Origin: Pseudomonadota bacterium
Lineage (GTDB): Bacteria; Desulfobacterota; Desulfobacteria; Desulfobacterales; JBDRRP01
Direction of reading: 5' to 3'
Assembly: GCA_043825735.1 (NCBI GenBank)
Contig: JBDRRP010000039.1
Coordinates: 1 to 54,139 of the forward strand
Length of the DNA stretch: 54,139 nucleotides
Shown: piece by piece, positions 31,609 through 41,700 of the stretch
Layout of the letters: the number at the start of each line of letters is the position of its first letter
Numbering within the stretch: position 1 is the stretch's first letter
The notes under the pieces: model-generated
Seen by the model: the letters and a program-made list of their open reading frames with translations, nothing else
What the model was told of the DNA's origin: nothing
Databases searched by the model: none
Translations under genes and position numbers: made by a program

Positions 31609-34578
31609 CTACCGCGGCGGGATCACGACGCCCTGCCCGTGGCGCCCGTCGGCCTTGATCATCAGGGGCGCTGGCAGCCGGATGAGGTTCACAAAAGGGG
31701 TTTCGGAGGCTATCGGCTGCCCTTCCAACCAGTCCCAGTCGATGACATCGTCGCCCCCTTCGGTGACGGTAAGGTAGAATACCCCCTGGGACGTCAGCTG
31801 CTGGAAGAAGTGAGATCCGTTGCTGGCATCGGCGGTGATCTGCGCGCCCCGGATTTCGATCATGACACGGGCCCCGTCGATGTCACGCCAACGCACCGGT
31901 ATCCCCAACCAGCGATCGGCCGATCCCCATCGCCCGGGCCCCGCCACCAGAAAGGGACGGCCTTCCGCTTTGAGCTGTGTATTGAGCCGGCCGATGGCCT
32001 CAGCCATGGCCGGGGTCTGGGATGGATCGAAACGATCCCGCCGGACAGTGACGATATCGGCCACGTCCCCGATCACCCCGTTTCCCAAACACTGGTTGGC
32101 AAACCAGCAGGCAGTGGCCCGGTCGGCGGCATCCACATGAACATCCGCATGGGTGGCCGTAGCCGCCAGGGGCCGCATCTGGAGCAGGTGGAAGATGTCG
32201 GGCCGGTCCGTCTCCGGTGTGAGATCCAGGCTGAATTCAAATTCCACGTCGCATCCCATGCCTTTTCGCCCCAGTTCGATGAGCTCGCACAGCAAGTCAC
32301 ACAGCGGGGGGCGTCCATACTTCAAGACAGCGGCAAAGGTCACGATCGGGACGCCTCCGGCAAGAACCGTGTCCCGAAGTCGGTGCTCTTCAGGCATGTA
32401 GGTACTGGTGAGCGCTCTCAACGGGAATTCGCCGGCGGCGGCATCCACTTCACGCGCAACCACGGCGATTTCCGGCGCCACCACCGCGTTTCCATCGGTG
32501 AGGCGCAAGGCATAAAACCGGGTCTGGGAGTGCGTTAAAATATCTTCCACGGTTGAAAACTGCGGCAGCACGGCAGGGTGCCGCGGGCAAAACCGCAGCA
32601 CCAGACGCGCGTCCTCCAGGCCCGCGCCCATTCCGAAGGTCATGCGCACCACGCCGTCTTCCGGTCTCATGGGCCCCACCGGATAGTAGTTCCACGACCG
32701 AACGGTCCCGGACAGGGCCGGATAGAAATAGTCGCCGATGGCGCGCCCGGCCAAGGCCTGAATCATCACGGCCATGCTGTCTCGCCGGGCCATCAGGGCG
32801 GTGCTGTCGGTGAAAGTGCGCGGACTGACAAAAAACGCGGACGCGAACACCCCCTTGATGGCCGCGCTCATCTGCGCCAACCGGATTTCCGGTGAGGGGT
32901 TGTTGTTAGGGAGCATGAAGGTCTTAAAAAACCCGGTGTAGGGATGGTGGTAGGCGTCTTCAGACAGGCTCGACGAACGCACGGCCACCGGGCAGGTGGT
33001 TTTTTCGACGAAGGCGGCCAACTGCCCCAGCAGGCCGCCAGGCAGATCGGCAGCCAGAAACCGTCTGGAGATGGCGGCATCGTCCATGCCGTCCGCATCA
33101 CAGACCGCCAGGCCGTTCTGTTCGATAAAGGTCTCAAAGGTTTCGGTGGTCAGTACCAGCGTCTGGGGCACACGGATGTCGATACTCGGGAAACGCCGAT
33201 TGATCGACGGTTCTTTCTGCAGAAGATTTGAAAAAAAAGCCAGCCCCCGAGCCTTGCCGCCCAAAGATCCCCCGCCGATTTTGACGAAATCTACGACGTC
33301 GGCATCGTAGGTTCGCGGGTTGAACTGGGCCACCACGCCCTTTTGCCGGTTTTTTCGGAGCACCCGAATGCTGCGGATGAGAAAGCGCCGCAGCGCGGCG
33401 ACGTCGTCAAAATCTTCCACCGTCAACCGGCTCATAAACGAGGCCAGGGCGATTTCCGATCGGGCCATAAACCAGTTGGAAAACCGGTTTCTGCAAGCGT
33501 GATAGAATATGGGTTCATCGGGGATGCGCGGCAGCAGTGCTTCCAGTTCACTGAAACTGGCCGCCCGACCGATCTCCACCCCGTCGGCACTGCGGAAGAC
33601 AAAGTCTCCAAAACCCAGGTAGTCGAGAAAAAATCCTCGGATCTCCTCGGCCAACCGGGGGCTGTTCTTGTCCACGAAACGCACGTTCAGGGCATCGGCA
33701 GCCGCGCGGTTTTCCGGCTCCGAGCTCATGAGCAGCATCGGCATGTGGGCGATGTCGGTTTTGACCGCGCGCAGCAGATGAATGCCGGCGTCCGCCGCAA
33801 CCCGTCCACAGTGGGGAAACCGTGTATCAGACATGATGCCGAACACATACGGCTTGAATTTCTGGTAGATGGCCATGGCCTGCTCATAGGTGTCGGCAAC
33901 GAGAATTTTGGGGCGTGCACGCATCTTAAGCAGGCGATGCTCGTCGTTTAGCGAGTCGCTCAGAACGGCCTGGGTCTGCCGGACAACTTCCTTGTAAATG
34001 AGCGGCAGGAAAAAGGACCGGTAAAGGGGAGCGTCTTCCACCAAAATCAGCACCCGGACACCGGCCCTGCGCGTATCCGCTTCCACATTCAAGCGATCTT
34101 CGGCGTTTTTCACCAGCGCCAGCAAAAGATCGCTGTCACCGGACCAAACCAACGTCTGATCCACACCCGCGGCTTCTTCGAGCGCCACAGCCGGGACGTG
34201 TTCACCATGACAGAGCAGCACGACGGGCGTCCGGCGGTCATGCGCCTTGATCGCCGCCCCCAGGGCATGGGGAGTCATGCCGATCAGATTCGGCATGACG
34301 ATCACCAGATCAAAGTGTTTTTTCTCAAGCGACGCCAGTGTCTCGGCTCCGCCCGTGGTATGGGTCACGCGCGGCGGGCGGCTGAGGTTGAGCCCGCTGT
34401 ATTCGCTGATGATCTTTGCCGCAAGGCTCCCGTCTTCTTCTAGGATATAGGCATCATAAGGATTGGCCACCAGAAGGATATCCAGGACCTTTGCCGCCAT
34501 CAGATCATGATAGGTGCTGAAGCGGGTATCCAGGCTGCGCAGGCTGTCGTCGTCGAGCATGTCCACATGCGCTACCAT
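31609..34578 (-). CDS. Receiver-like domains fused to a PEP-synthase/PPDK N-terminal ATP-grasp domain
   Basis: ILLVANPYDAYILEEDG, LILVED, GSLGGKARGLAF, VAVRSSSLSED, GPGRWGSADRWLGIPV, SNGSHFFQ. Start approximate. Confidence 0.85.
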   Translation of the reverse strand: MVAHVDMLDDDSLRSLDTRFSTYHDLMAAKVLDILLVANPYDAYILEEDGSLAAKIISEYSGLNLSRPPRVTHTTGGAETLASLEKKHFDLVIVMPNLIGMTPHALGAAIKAHDRRTPVVLLCHGEHVPAVALEEAAGVDQTLVWSGDSDLLLALVKNAEDRLNVEADTRRAGVRVLILVEDAPLYRSFFLPLIYKEVVRQTQAVLSDSLNDEHRLLKMRARPKILVADTYEQAMAIYQKFKPYVFGIMSDTRFPHCGRVAADAGIHLLRAVKTDIAHMPMLLMSSEPENRAAADALNVRFVDKNSPRLAEEIRGFFLDYLGFGDFVFRSADGVEIGRAASFSELEALLPRIPDEPIFYHACRNRFSNWFMARSEIALASFMSRLTVEDFDDVAALRRFLIRSIRVLRKNRQKGVVAQFNPRTYDADVVDFVKIGGGSLGGKARGLAFFSNLLQKEPSINRRFPSIDIRVPQTLVLTTETFETFIEQNGLAVCDADGMDDAAISRRFLAADLPGGLLGQLAAFVEKTTCPVAVRSSSLSEDAYHHPYTGFFKTFMLPNNNPSPEIRLAQMSAAIKGVFASAFFVSPRTFTDSTALMARRDSMAVMIQALAGRAIGDYFYPALSGTVRSWNYYPVGPMRPEDGVVRMTFGMGAGLEDARLVLRFCPRHPAVLPQFSTVEDILTHSQTRFYALRLTDGNAVVAPEIAVVAREVDAAAGEFPLRALTSTYMPEEHRLRDTVLAGGVPIVTFAAVLKYGRPPLCDLLCELIELGRKGMGCDVEFEFSLDLTPETDRPDIFHLLQMRPLAATATHADVHVDAADRATACWFANQCLGNGVIGDVADIVTVRRDRFDPSQTPAMAEAIGRLNTQLKAEGRPFLVAGPGRWGSADRWLGIPVRWRDIDGARVMIEIRGAQITADASNGSHFFQQLTSQGVFYLTVTEGGDDVIDWDWLEGQPIASETPFVNLIRLPAPLMIKADGRHGQGVVIPPR

Positions 34579-34680
34579 GGGTGTTTTTACGCCTCCTACC
34601 GGTGAATGGTCGCCCGACGGCCGCGGCGGGTTTCCCAACGCCGTCACAACCGGTGATCCGGTGTCTTCCAGTCAAACGGG

Positions 34681-36249
34681 TCAGCGCCGCGTCAACCGGG
34701 TCCGGATGAGTGCCAGCCCCTGAGAGATCTCCGCAATGCCGGTCAATTTGCCGACCGCAGCGAGCACCAGGACGTAGACCAGTGAAACGATCCCGACCAC
34801 CATCATGCTGTGGAGTTTACCCTGAACCGCACTTGCGGTCCACAGGGCCTCTTTGCCTGCCCAGACCACAGCACCAATGCCCCCGCCCACAACGGCCAGC
34901 CTGCCGCAAGCACCAAACACACCGCCGGCGCCGCTGTTGCCGCTGCGACGATTCCAAAGGACAAAGAGCAAAGATACCTGAAAAGCGGCCGACAGTGAGA
35001 TGGCGGCCGCAACCCCCGAAAGACCGTAAAACCGCATGCCGACGATATACAGCGGAAGGCTCGCCACGACAGCGAAGCTGCCGTAAAGCGATGGAAAGAG
35101 GGTATCCTGCATGGCGTAGTATCCCCTGACAACGACCGTCTGGGCGGCAAAAGCAAAGGCGCCCATGAGAAGCCATAGCAGCGTATCGGCGGTGTGCTGC
35201 ACCGCTGCGGCGTCAAAGCGTCCATGCTGGAACAAGATGACCACCACTTCTCGGCGAAGCACCATGAGCAGGATGGAAAAGGGGATCAGCAGCGCAAGGT
35301 ATCTGAGGGATCGGTTGAGCAGATCGTTCATTTCTGCGACCTTGTTTTCCGCGGCCAGGCGGGACATGAAGGGAAAGGCGGCCACACCGATGGCCTGGCC
35401 AAAGATCCCCACCAGCATGAAAACCACCCGCAGCCCGTAATTGAGGGCCGCAATACTTCCGGCCGGAAGAAATGACCCGAAAAACTTGAGAAACACTTCC
35501 GTCGAAAAGGTCATTGTCAGGCCCAGGATCAAGGGAAGGCTCACCAGAATGTAGCGCCGAAAATCCGGATGCCCGAGATTGAACCGGGGGCAAAAGCGCA
35601 TCCCCAGCCGACGCGCGCCCACCCACTGAAGGGCGAAATTGCCGATAAACGCGCCACCCAGAACGCCCCAGGCAAAGCCCTGCATTCCCAGCCACGGCCC
35701 CAGCAGGAGTCCGCCGGCAATAATGCCGGCATTGTAGGCCAGCGGGGCCAGGGCCGGAACAACGAAGGCGGCACTGGCATACTGCACGGCCATGAGCAGT
35801 CCGCCGGCGAAAAAAAATACCTGTGCCGGTAAAATGATGCGCGTCATCTCCACGGCCAGCTGACGCGTGGCGGGATCCTTCAGACCGGGCGCCAGAATGG
35901 CCACCAGTTGCGGTGCGGCAATCCACGCCGCCGTGGTGAGGACGCTTAGAAAACCGCCGAACACGACCAGGATGTCGGAAAACACCCCCCATCCGCCGTC
36001 CATGTCCGCCTTGGCCAAATACCTTGAGAAAATGGGGATGAAGGTGATGCTGAGAAACCCGCTGGCCACTACGTGATTGAGAATTTCAGGGATAATGAAC
36101 GCGACCTGATAGGCGTCCACGGCGGCAGTGGCGCCGCCGATGTAGGCGATGGCCATTTCTCTGAACAACCCGATGACCCGGCTGAGGAACACCGACGCCA
36201 TCATGATGAGAGAGGCCACGCCGATTTTTTTGCCCAGGGAATCGCCCAT
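34681..36249 (-). CDS. murJ: Lipid II flippase MurJ (MviN)
   Basis: SRVIGLFRE, DAYQVAFIIPE, FIPIF, RGYYAMQDT; many TMs. Confidence 0.92.
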   Translation of the reverse strand: MGDSLGKKIGVASLIMMASVFLSRVIGLFREMAIAYIGGATAAVDAYQVAFIIPEILNHVVASGFLSITFIPIFSRYLAKADMDGGWGVFSDILVVFGGFLSVLTTAAWIAAPQLVAILAPGLKDPATRQLAVEMTRIILPAQVFFFAGGLLMAVQYASAAFVVPALAPLAYNAGIIAGGLLLGPWLGMQGFAWGVLGGAFIGNFALQWVGARRLGMRFCPRFNLGHPDFRRYILVSLPLILGLTMTFSTEVFLKFFGSFLPAGSIAALNYGLRVVFMLVGIFGQAIGVAAFPFMSRLAAENKVAEMNDLLNRSLRYLALLIPFSILLMVLRREVVVILFQHGRFDAAAVQHTADTLLWLLMGAFAFAAQTVVVRGYYAMQDTLFPSLYGSFAVVASLPLYIVGMRFYGLSGVAAAISLSAAFQVSLLFVLWNRRSGNSGAGGVFGACGRLAVVGGGIGAVVWAGKEALWTASAVQGKLHSMMVVGIVSLVYVLVLAAVGKLTGIAEISQGLALIRTRLTRR

Positions 36250-36381
36250 AGTCGGCTGGCTATTACCAGAAAAACGCTGCGGAAGCAAAATGATGGGACA
36301 AACAGCGGCAGGCCGCACCGGCGGGCAAAGCGCCCCCGGTGCCATTGCACTTACCGGGCAGGACAGGACCCCGTGGGGGTG

Positions 36382-36543
36382 CTATTTGGTCGGGTGTTTT
36401 TCCCTGTACACCCGACTGAACAGAAGATGCTCGCTGATTTGGTGCCGTGCGTCAGGGCCGACAAACAGGCTGCGGAGCACTTGTTTGTCCACTACCCATC
36501 CGAACCCCAGCTTGTCGAAAAATACGATGTCCTCTTTTTTCAT
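36382..36543 (-). CDS. Small protein (53 aa)
   Basis: AAGGAG RBS before the ATG at 36543; MKKEDIVFFDKLGFGWVVDK... Confidence 0.5.
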   Translation of the reverse strand: MKKEDIVFFDKLGFGWVVDKQVLRSLFVGPDARHQISEHLLFSRVYREKHPTK

Positions 36544-36706
36544 GGGTCGGCTCCTTTTTGTGTTTCTACGGCCGATGGTGTCTTCGTGCCGCAGTGCCTC
36601 TACCCCTTCTATCGCCATAAGTTTTTATATCTTTAAATAAAAGTGGGCCTTGTGAGCAGATCCGGCGACTGCTATGAGGGGCAATAACATCTATCGTTTA
36701 TCCTGA

Positions 36707-37648
36707 ATGCGTGAGTTTCTCGTCATGGCAATGGACACTCAAACGCTGCCCCCCACGACCGCCCACCGCATCGGCGTCGATCTGGGCGGCACCAAGACCG
36801 AAGTCGTGGTGCTTGCCCCCCTCGGGGATGTCGCATGGCGCCGGCGGTGCCCCACGCCTGTCGACAAGGGCTACACGGCAATCCTTGAAAATATCGCCGA
36901 CCTGGTCCGACAGGCCGAAACCCGCATCCCGAAAGGCGAAAGAACCGCCGTGGGCATCGGCATCCCCGGAAGCATCCGCCCCGATACCGGCAGCGTGCAA
37001 AATGCCAATACCACCTGCCTCATCGGCCGCCCCCTCCAGCAGGACCTTGAAACGCTCCTGGGCCGGCGGGTGGTCGTGGACAACGACGCCAACTGTTTTA
37101 CCCTGGCCGAGTCGCTGGCGGGTGCCGGCAGGGGATATGATCTGGTGTTCGGTGTCATCATGGGCACCGGATGCGGCGGCGGTCTGTTCATCAACGGGCG
37201 GGTGCGCCAAGGACCCCACGCCATCGCCGGCGAATGGGGCCACGTGGTGGCGGACCCCGCTGGCGCGCCCTGTTACTGCGGCAACCGTGGCTGCGTGGAG
37301 ACCCTCATCAGCGGGGGCGGTGTGGCGCGTCGGTTTTGCGAAGAAACCGGCAGGCCCCTGGCCATGCCTGCCATCGTCAACGGAGCCCGGTGCGGAGATC
37401 CCGACTGCCGCAGGGCGTTTGACCGGTTTTTGGATGATTTCGGCCGGTGCCTCGGAGGCCTGATATCGGTGCTGGATCCGGATGCGGTGGTGCTGGGAGG
37501 GGGATTGTCTCACATCGATGAGCTTTACGGGGCGGGCACCGAAAACGTGCGGCACTACGCATTCGGAAAGAACCTTCGCACCCCGATCCTGAAAAACCGC
37601 CTGGGTGACAGCGCCGGGGTGATCGGTGCCGCCTGGATCGGCTGTTGA
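36707..37648 (+). CDS. ROK family sugar kinase (fructokinase-like)
   Basis: IGVDLGGTKTE, GIGIPG, DNDANC, GTGCGGG, AGEWGH, CYCGNRGCVE, VLGGGLS. Confidence 0.92.
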   Translation: MREFLVMAMDTQTLPPTTAHRIGVDLGGTKTEVVVLAPLGDVAWRRRCPTPVDKGYTAILENIADLVRQAETRIPKGERTAVGIGIPGSIRPDTGSVQNANTTCLIGRPLQQDLETLLGRRVVVDNDANCFTLAESLAGAGRGYDLVFGVIMGTGCGGGLFINGRVRQGPHAIAGEWGHVVADPAGAPCYCGNRGCVETLISGGGVARRFCEETGRPLAMPAIVNGARCGDPDCRRAFDRFLDDFGRCLGGLISVLDPDAVVLGGGLSHIDELYGAGTENVRHYAFGKNLRTPILKNRLGDSAGVIGAAWIGC

Positions 37649-37692
37649 CCGCTGTAAAGGAGCCTTTGGACAGGCCCCCCCGAGGCCCGGTA

Positions 37693-39639
37693 TCAGTCCG
37701 TATCGTGCGGGACGGCGGCCCCGATCCCGTTGAACCGAAGCGCCATGATGGTGATGTCGTCAGCCTGGGGCATCCCGGTGGCAAAGCACTCCACGGCATG
37801 CATCACACCGGTGACCATCTGCTCCGATGACGATCGCGCCGAGTCGGCCAGAAGCGATTCCAGGCGTCCTTCGGAAAACTCCGCTTCCTGCTGATCGATC
37901 GCCTCGGTGACACCGTCGGTGTAGATGAACAGGACGTCGTTTTTCTCCATGATCACTTCTCGTGAAGTGTAATCAAAGGGCATAATGATCCCCAGGGCGC
38001 ACCCGTCGGTCAGGGGCAAGGCCGTGACGGCGCCGTCTTCGGTGACGATGTAGGGCGGATTATGGCCGCCGTTACAAAAGGCCAGCCTTCCGGTGTTGAC
38101 GTTCAGGATGGCCAAAAACAGGGTGACAAACATCTGGGAAGGATTCTCTATGGAGAGATCTTCGTTGACACGGCCGAGGATGGTCTCCGGCGTGAGTCCC
38201 TGCGTTGCCTTGGTCTTCACAAGCGTCCGGGTCACCGCCATGAACAGCGAGGCGGGAATCCCTTTGCCCGACACGTCGCCCAAGGCAAGACACAGGTGAT
38301 CGTCGTCGATGAAGAAAAAATCGTAGAAATCGCCGCCGACTTCCTTGGCCGGTTCGATGGTGGCATAGAGCTCTATTTCCGGCCGCTCCGGGAAGGGCGG
38401 GAACACCTTCGGCAAAATGCCCATCTGAATGTCGCGGGCGATGCTCAGTTCGCTTTCGATGCGCTCCCTGGCAGCGGTGGCGGCCGTGAGGGCCTCGATA
38501 TGCCCTTTCAGGGAAGTGATCATGTGGGAAAAGGCCGCCGCCAGTTGCCCCACCTCGTCATTGCTCCGAATGGGCGGGATATCATGATCGAGGTTGCCCT
38601 CGGCGATGTCTGCCGTGGCGCTCGCCAGGGTCCTGAGGGGCCGCGTGATGGATCGCGCCAACCATATGATCAGTGCACACAGCAGGGTCAGGCCCGCCAT
38701 GAACATGAGAACGGCCGTGCGGCCCAACCGGTCGGCATCGGCCATCAACTCGCTGCGGGGAAAAAGAACCCCCAGCGACCAGCCACTGGAAGCCAGCGGC
38801 GCATAGGCCAGCCAGCACGCCTTGCCCGTCAGCAGGCTGTCGAATGGGACAAACCCCGTCTCGCCGGCGATCATGGACCGGCCGATCTCCCGGATCCGCG
38901 GATCCCCCTTGGCTTCGGCGACACTGAAAAGGGTTTCGTTCTGAATAAACCCGATATGGGGATGGGTGACAAAAGTACCGTTTTTGGTGACCAGAAATCC
39001 ATACCCGGTATCGGCGATTTTGATTGATGCGACGATATCCTTGAGCCATTCCAAAGAAATGTCGGCGGTGACGATACCGATCATCTCACGACCGTCGGCA
39101 CGCTTGCGGTAAAAGGGCACCGAGAAGGTCGACATGACGATGTCACCGGCCCCCTCGTCGAAGTAAGGCTCACTCCAGACGGCCTCATCGAGCATTTTGG
39201 GAATCTGATACCAGTCCTGGGAAAAATAATTATAAGGGATGTCGGTGATAACCAGCTCACCGTTTCGGCGATAGGCGTAAGTCGTATAACGCTCGATATC
39301 GGGGTCGAAAGCAAATGGCTCGAAGGCCACGGCCATCCCGTAGATTTCCTTATGTTCGGCAACGATGGTGCGCAGCAGATCGTCCATGGTGCGAGCGTCA
39401 GCCGGCATTTCCGACAACACAGCAGCGATGTCGATGGGTACATTCTGAACGCTGAAAAGAACGCTATCGAGACGGTTGACTGTGGCACCGGCCAGATGAC
39501 GCGCCTCCGAGGCGACCCGGTTGAGGATGATTTCTTTGGAGAAATAATACGTGTAGCCGAAGACGACCACGAACACCAGCGAGATGCAGGTCAACAGCCA
39601 GATGATCAGTTTTCGCGCAAGGCCGCTGCGTTTAGTCAT
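37693..39639 (-). CDS. Cache-HAMP-SpoIIE (PP2C) phosphatase, RsbU-like
   Basis: TM, dCache (WYQIPK..WSEPYFDEG), TM, HAMP, EVGGDFYD, GDVSGKG, YTDGVTEA, DDIT. Confidence 0.93.
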   Translation of the reverse strand: MTKRSGLARKLIIWLLTCISLVFVVVFGYTYYFSKEIILNRVASEARHLAGATVNRLDSVLFSVQNVPIDIAAVLSEMPADARTMDDLLRTIVAEHKEIYGMAVAFEPFAFDPDIERYTTYAYRRNGELVITDIPYNYFSQDWYQIPKMLDEAVWSEPYFDEGAGDIVMSTFSVPFYRKRADGREMIGIVTADISLEWLKDIVASIKIADTGYGFLVTKNGTFVTHPHIGFIQNETLFSVAEAKGDPRIREIGRSMIAGETGFVPFDSLLTGKACWLAYAPLASSGWSLGVLFPRSELMADADRLGRTAVLMFMAGLTLLCALIIWLARSITRPLRTLASATADIAEGNLDHDIPPIRSNDEVGQLAAAFSHMITSLKGHIEALTAATAARERIESELSIARDIQMGILPKVFPPFPERPEIELYATIEPAKEVGGDFYDFFFIDDDHLCLALGDVSGKGIPASLFMAVTRTLVKTKATQGLTPETILGRVNEDLSIENPSQMFVTLFLAILNVNTGRLAFCNGGHNPPYIVTEDGAVTALPLTDGCALGIIMPFDYTSREVIMEKNDVLFIYTDGVTEAIDQQEAEFSEGRLESLLADSARSSSEQMVTGVMHAVECFATGMPQADDITIMALRFNGIGAAVPHDTD

Positions 39640-40633
39640 CGGCGATACTCTTTCGATAGAAATCAGTAAATGGCGGCACTTCCTGAATCATCTGGGATTG
39701 ACTCAGACCGTCGGTAACGCGCTGGTAGTCGGATGGATCGAGGCACCCCATGGGATAGGGATGATCCTTGGGCAAAATGAGATCCTTCATGCGGGCCAGC
39801 ATCCACTGCTGGTGTACGCGGGTGGCCGGCACATTGGCTTTTATCAGATTGCTCATGACGATATCCAGCGCCTCCCGCGGTTTTGCGAAGGCCAGCAGCC
39901 AGCCTTCGATGGAGGCCCGGACAAAAGCCTTGCACAGCTCCGGGTCCCGGTTGAAGGTGCGCTCAAGCACATAGAGGCCGTCTTCTGGAAAATTCAGCCC
40001 GTAATCGTTGAAAAAAAACGTGACCAGCTCATCGGGGTTGATGCCGTCATTGATGATGGTGTGGTACTCGTTGTACCACATGGCCGAAGCCACATCCACG
40101 CCGTCGCGTAAAAACAGGTTCACCGTGTAGGACTGGGGGACGATTTCCACGGAAATGCCGAATTTTTTGAAGAAAGCGCGGGGCTGCACCTGAAACATGG
40201 GATCCCAGAGCCCCACCCGCCGACCGTTCATGTCTTGGGGCGTAGTGATGCCGCTTTTCTTTTTAGCCACCAGCATCAGGGCCGAGCGCTGCATAATCTG
40301 CGCGATATTGACCAGCGGGACGCCTTCCGAGCGCATGGTGATGGCGGCGGGCAGCCACAGGGAGGCAAAATCCACTTTTCCGGAGGTCAGATAGTCGGCG
40401 GATTGCCGCCCGGGACCGCCGGTAATGATTTCCAGGTCGATGCCGTACTTGGCATAGATGCCGCTGGCTTTGGCGACATAATAGCCGGCAAACTGCGCCT
40501 GGGGGACCCACTGCGGAATAAACCGGGCATGTTTCAACCCTTCGCCCGCCGCCGGAAAAACCACTAACAGCGTCGCCAACAATGCACCGGCAACCGCCAG
40601 TGTGATTCGTGACTTCACCATCGCCCCTGTCAT
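39632..40633 (-). CDS. NMT1/THI5-like periplasmic binding protein
   Basis: Signal peptide; QWVPQAQFAGYYVA..G.Y..GID.EI..GGP, AMWYNE, FVRASIEGW. Confidence 0.85.
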   Translation of the reverse strand: MTGAMVKSRITLAVAGALLATLLVVFPAAGEGLKHARFIPQWVPQAQFAGYYVAKASGIYAKYGIDLEIITGGPGRQSADYLTSGKVDFASLWLPAAITMRSEGVPLVNIAQIMQRSALMLVAKKKSGITTPQDMNGRRVGLWDPMFQVQPRAFFKKFGISVEIVPQSYTVNLFLRDGVDVASAMWYNEYHTIINDGINPDELVTFFFNDYGLNFPEDGLYVLERTFNRDPELCKAFVRASIEGWLLAFAKPREALDIVMSNLIKANVPATRVHQQWMLARMKDLILPKDHPYPMGCLDPSDYQRVTDGLSQSQMIQEVPPFTDFYRKSIADD

Positions 40634-41052
40634 GCCTCCCGCTTGCCGAACGTGATCGTCAATTGGTTGGTCTCGCCGCGCCGGGCATAGGTGACATCTT
40701 CCGAGAGTTCGCGGACAAAGAACACCCCCAGCCCCCCCACGGTGCGCGAATCGATATCCGCGCCGATATCGGGCGCCGGCAGGGAGAGAGGATCGAAAGC
40801 GGCGCCGCTGTCGATAAAGGTCATCACCACCTGCCCGGCGTCGTCGGTATCGCAGTGTACCGTCACGTCGCCATCACCGCCCGGATAGGCGTAGTTGATG
40901 ATGTTGACCAGCACTTCTTCCACCACCAGTTCGATCTCTCCCACCCGGTCCGGAGACATCCCCTGCGACGCCGCACATGCGGACAAAAAGGCCATCGCCT
41001 CCGGCAGATTGCGCAACTGCGCCGGAAATGTTCGTTTTGTCACGACAGTCAC
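40630..41052 (-). CDS. Anti-sigma factor / Ser kinase (RsbW/SpoIIAB-like)
   Basis: ELVVEEVLVNIINYAY, DSGAAFDP, GGLGVFFV. Confidence 0.92.
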   Translation of the reverse strand: MTVVTKRTFPAQLRNLPEAMAFLSACAASQGMSPDRVGEIELVVEEVLVNIINYAYPGGDGDVTVHCDTDDAGQVVMTFIDSGAAFDPLSLPAPDIGADIDSRTVGGLGVFFVRELSEDVTYARRGETNQLTITFGKREA

Positions 41053-41113
41053 CTTTAGGTAAAAGGACGGCCGAATCGCCGGGTGCGTTTAAGCGCGGCA
41101 GTGCCGTGAGCTG

Positions 41114-41452
41114 TCACAGCTGGTCCATTGCCGATGCCACCGATTCGCGGATGGGTATAATCGCCTCAAATCCGGACATCTTGAATACCTTCATCACCGG
41201 TGGCGTCGCCGCGGCCAGGAAGAACTTCCCGCCTCGGTTCTTCAAATTCTTCGCCAGCACGAGAATACTGCGCACCCCGGCACTGCTGATGTATTCAAGG
41301 CCTTCCAGATCAAGGATGTAGATCATATCGCCGCCGTCCATCAGCCCGGCCAGATGCTTGTCAAATACAGGTGCTGCCGTGGCGTCCATGCGACCTTTCA
41401 CGGAAAGCACTACCGCGTTCTTCTCTCTGCCGCTCTCAACGATGTCCATCAT
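41114..41452 (-). CDS. STAS anti-anti-sigma factor (RsbV/SpoIIAA-like)
   Basis: GRMDA, LDLEGLEYISSAGVR (phospho-Ser motif), VFKMSGF; AAGGGG RBS. Confidence 0.92.
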   Translation of the reverse strand: MMDIVESGREKNAVVLSVKGRMDATAAPVFDKHLAGLMDGGDMIYILDLEGLEYISSAGVRSILVLAKNLKNRGGKFFLAAATPPVMKVFKMSGFEAIIPIRESVASAMDQL

Positions 41453-41700
41453 TTCCCCTTTGTACACGCGCCGGTCTCCGGCGTCTGGAAGAACGGCGGC
41501 CCCGCCCTGGTCGCGCACACCGCGGCAATGGACGTCGGTCGGCCGTCTGGTGAACTGTGGAATCCTGTGCCGCGGAGATTTTCTATTGTATGCAAATTAC
41601 CGAAAACTGCAATGCCTTTGTCACAAAACGCCGCCGGTCTCATGGTGCGCCAGTTGACAGCAGGCAACGCTCTGGCCTAAAAAGACAGGAGCATTAACTA

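Noticed and set aside
31271..31658. ORFs with WDR/WER or GIV/GSV repeats
   Set aside because: They are translations of the 9-bp tandem array, with no RBS or domain support
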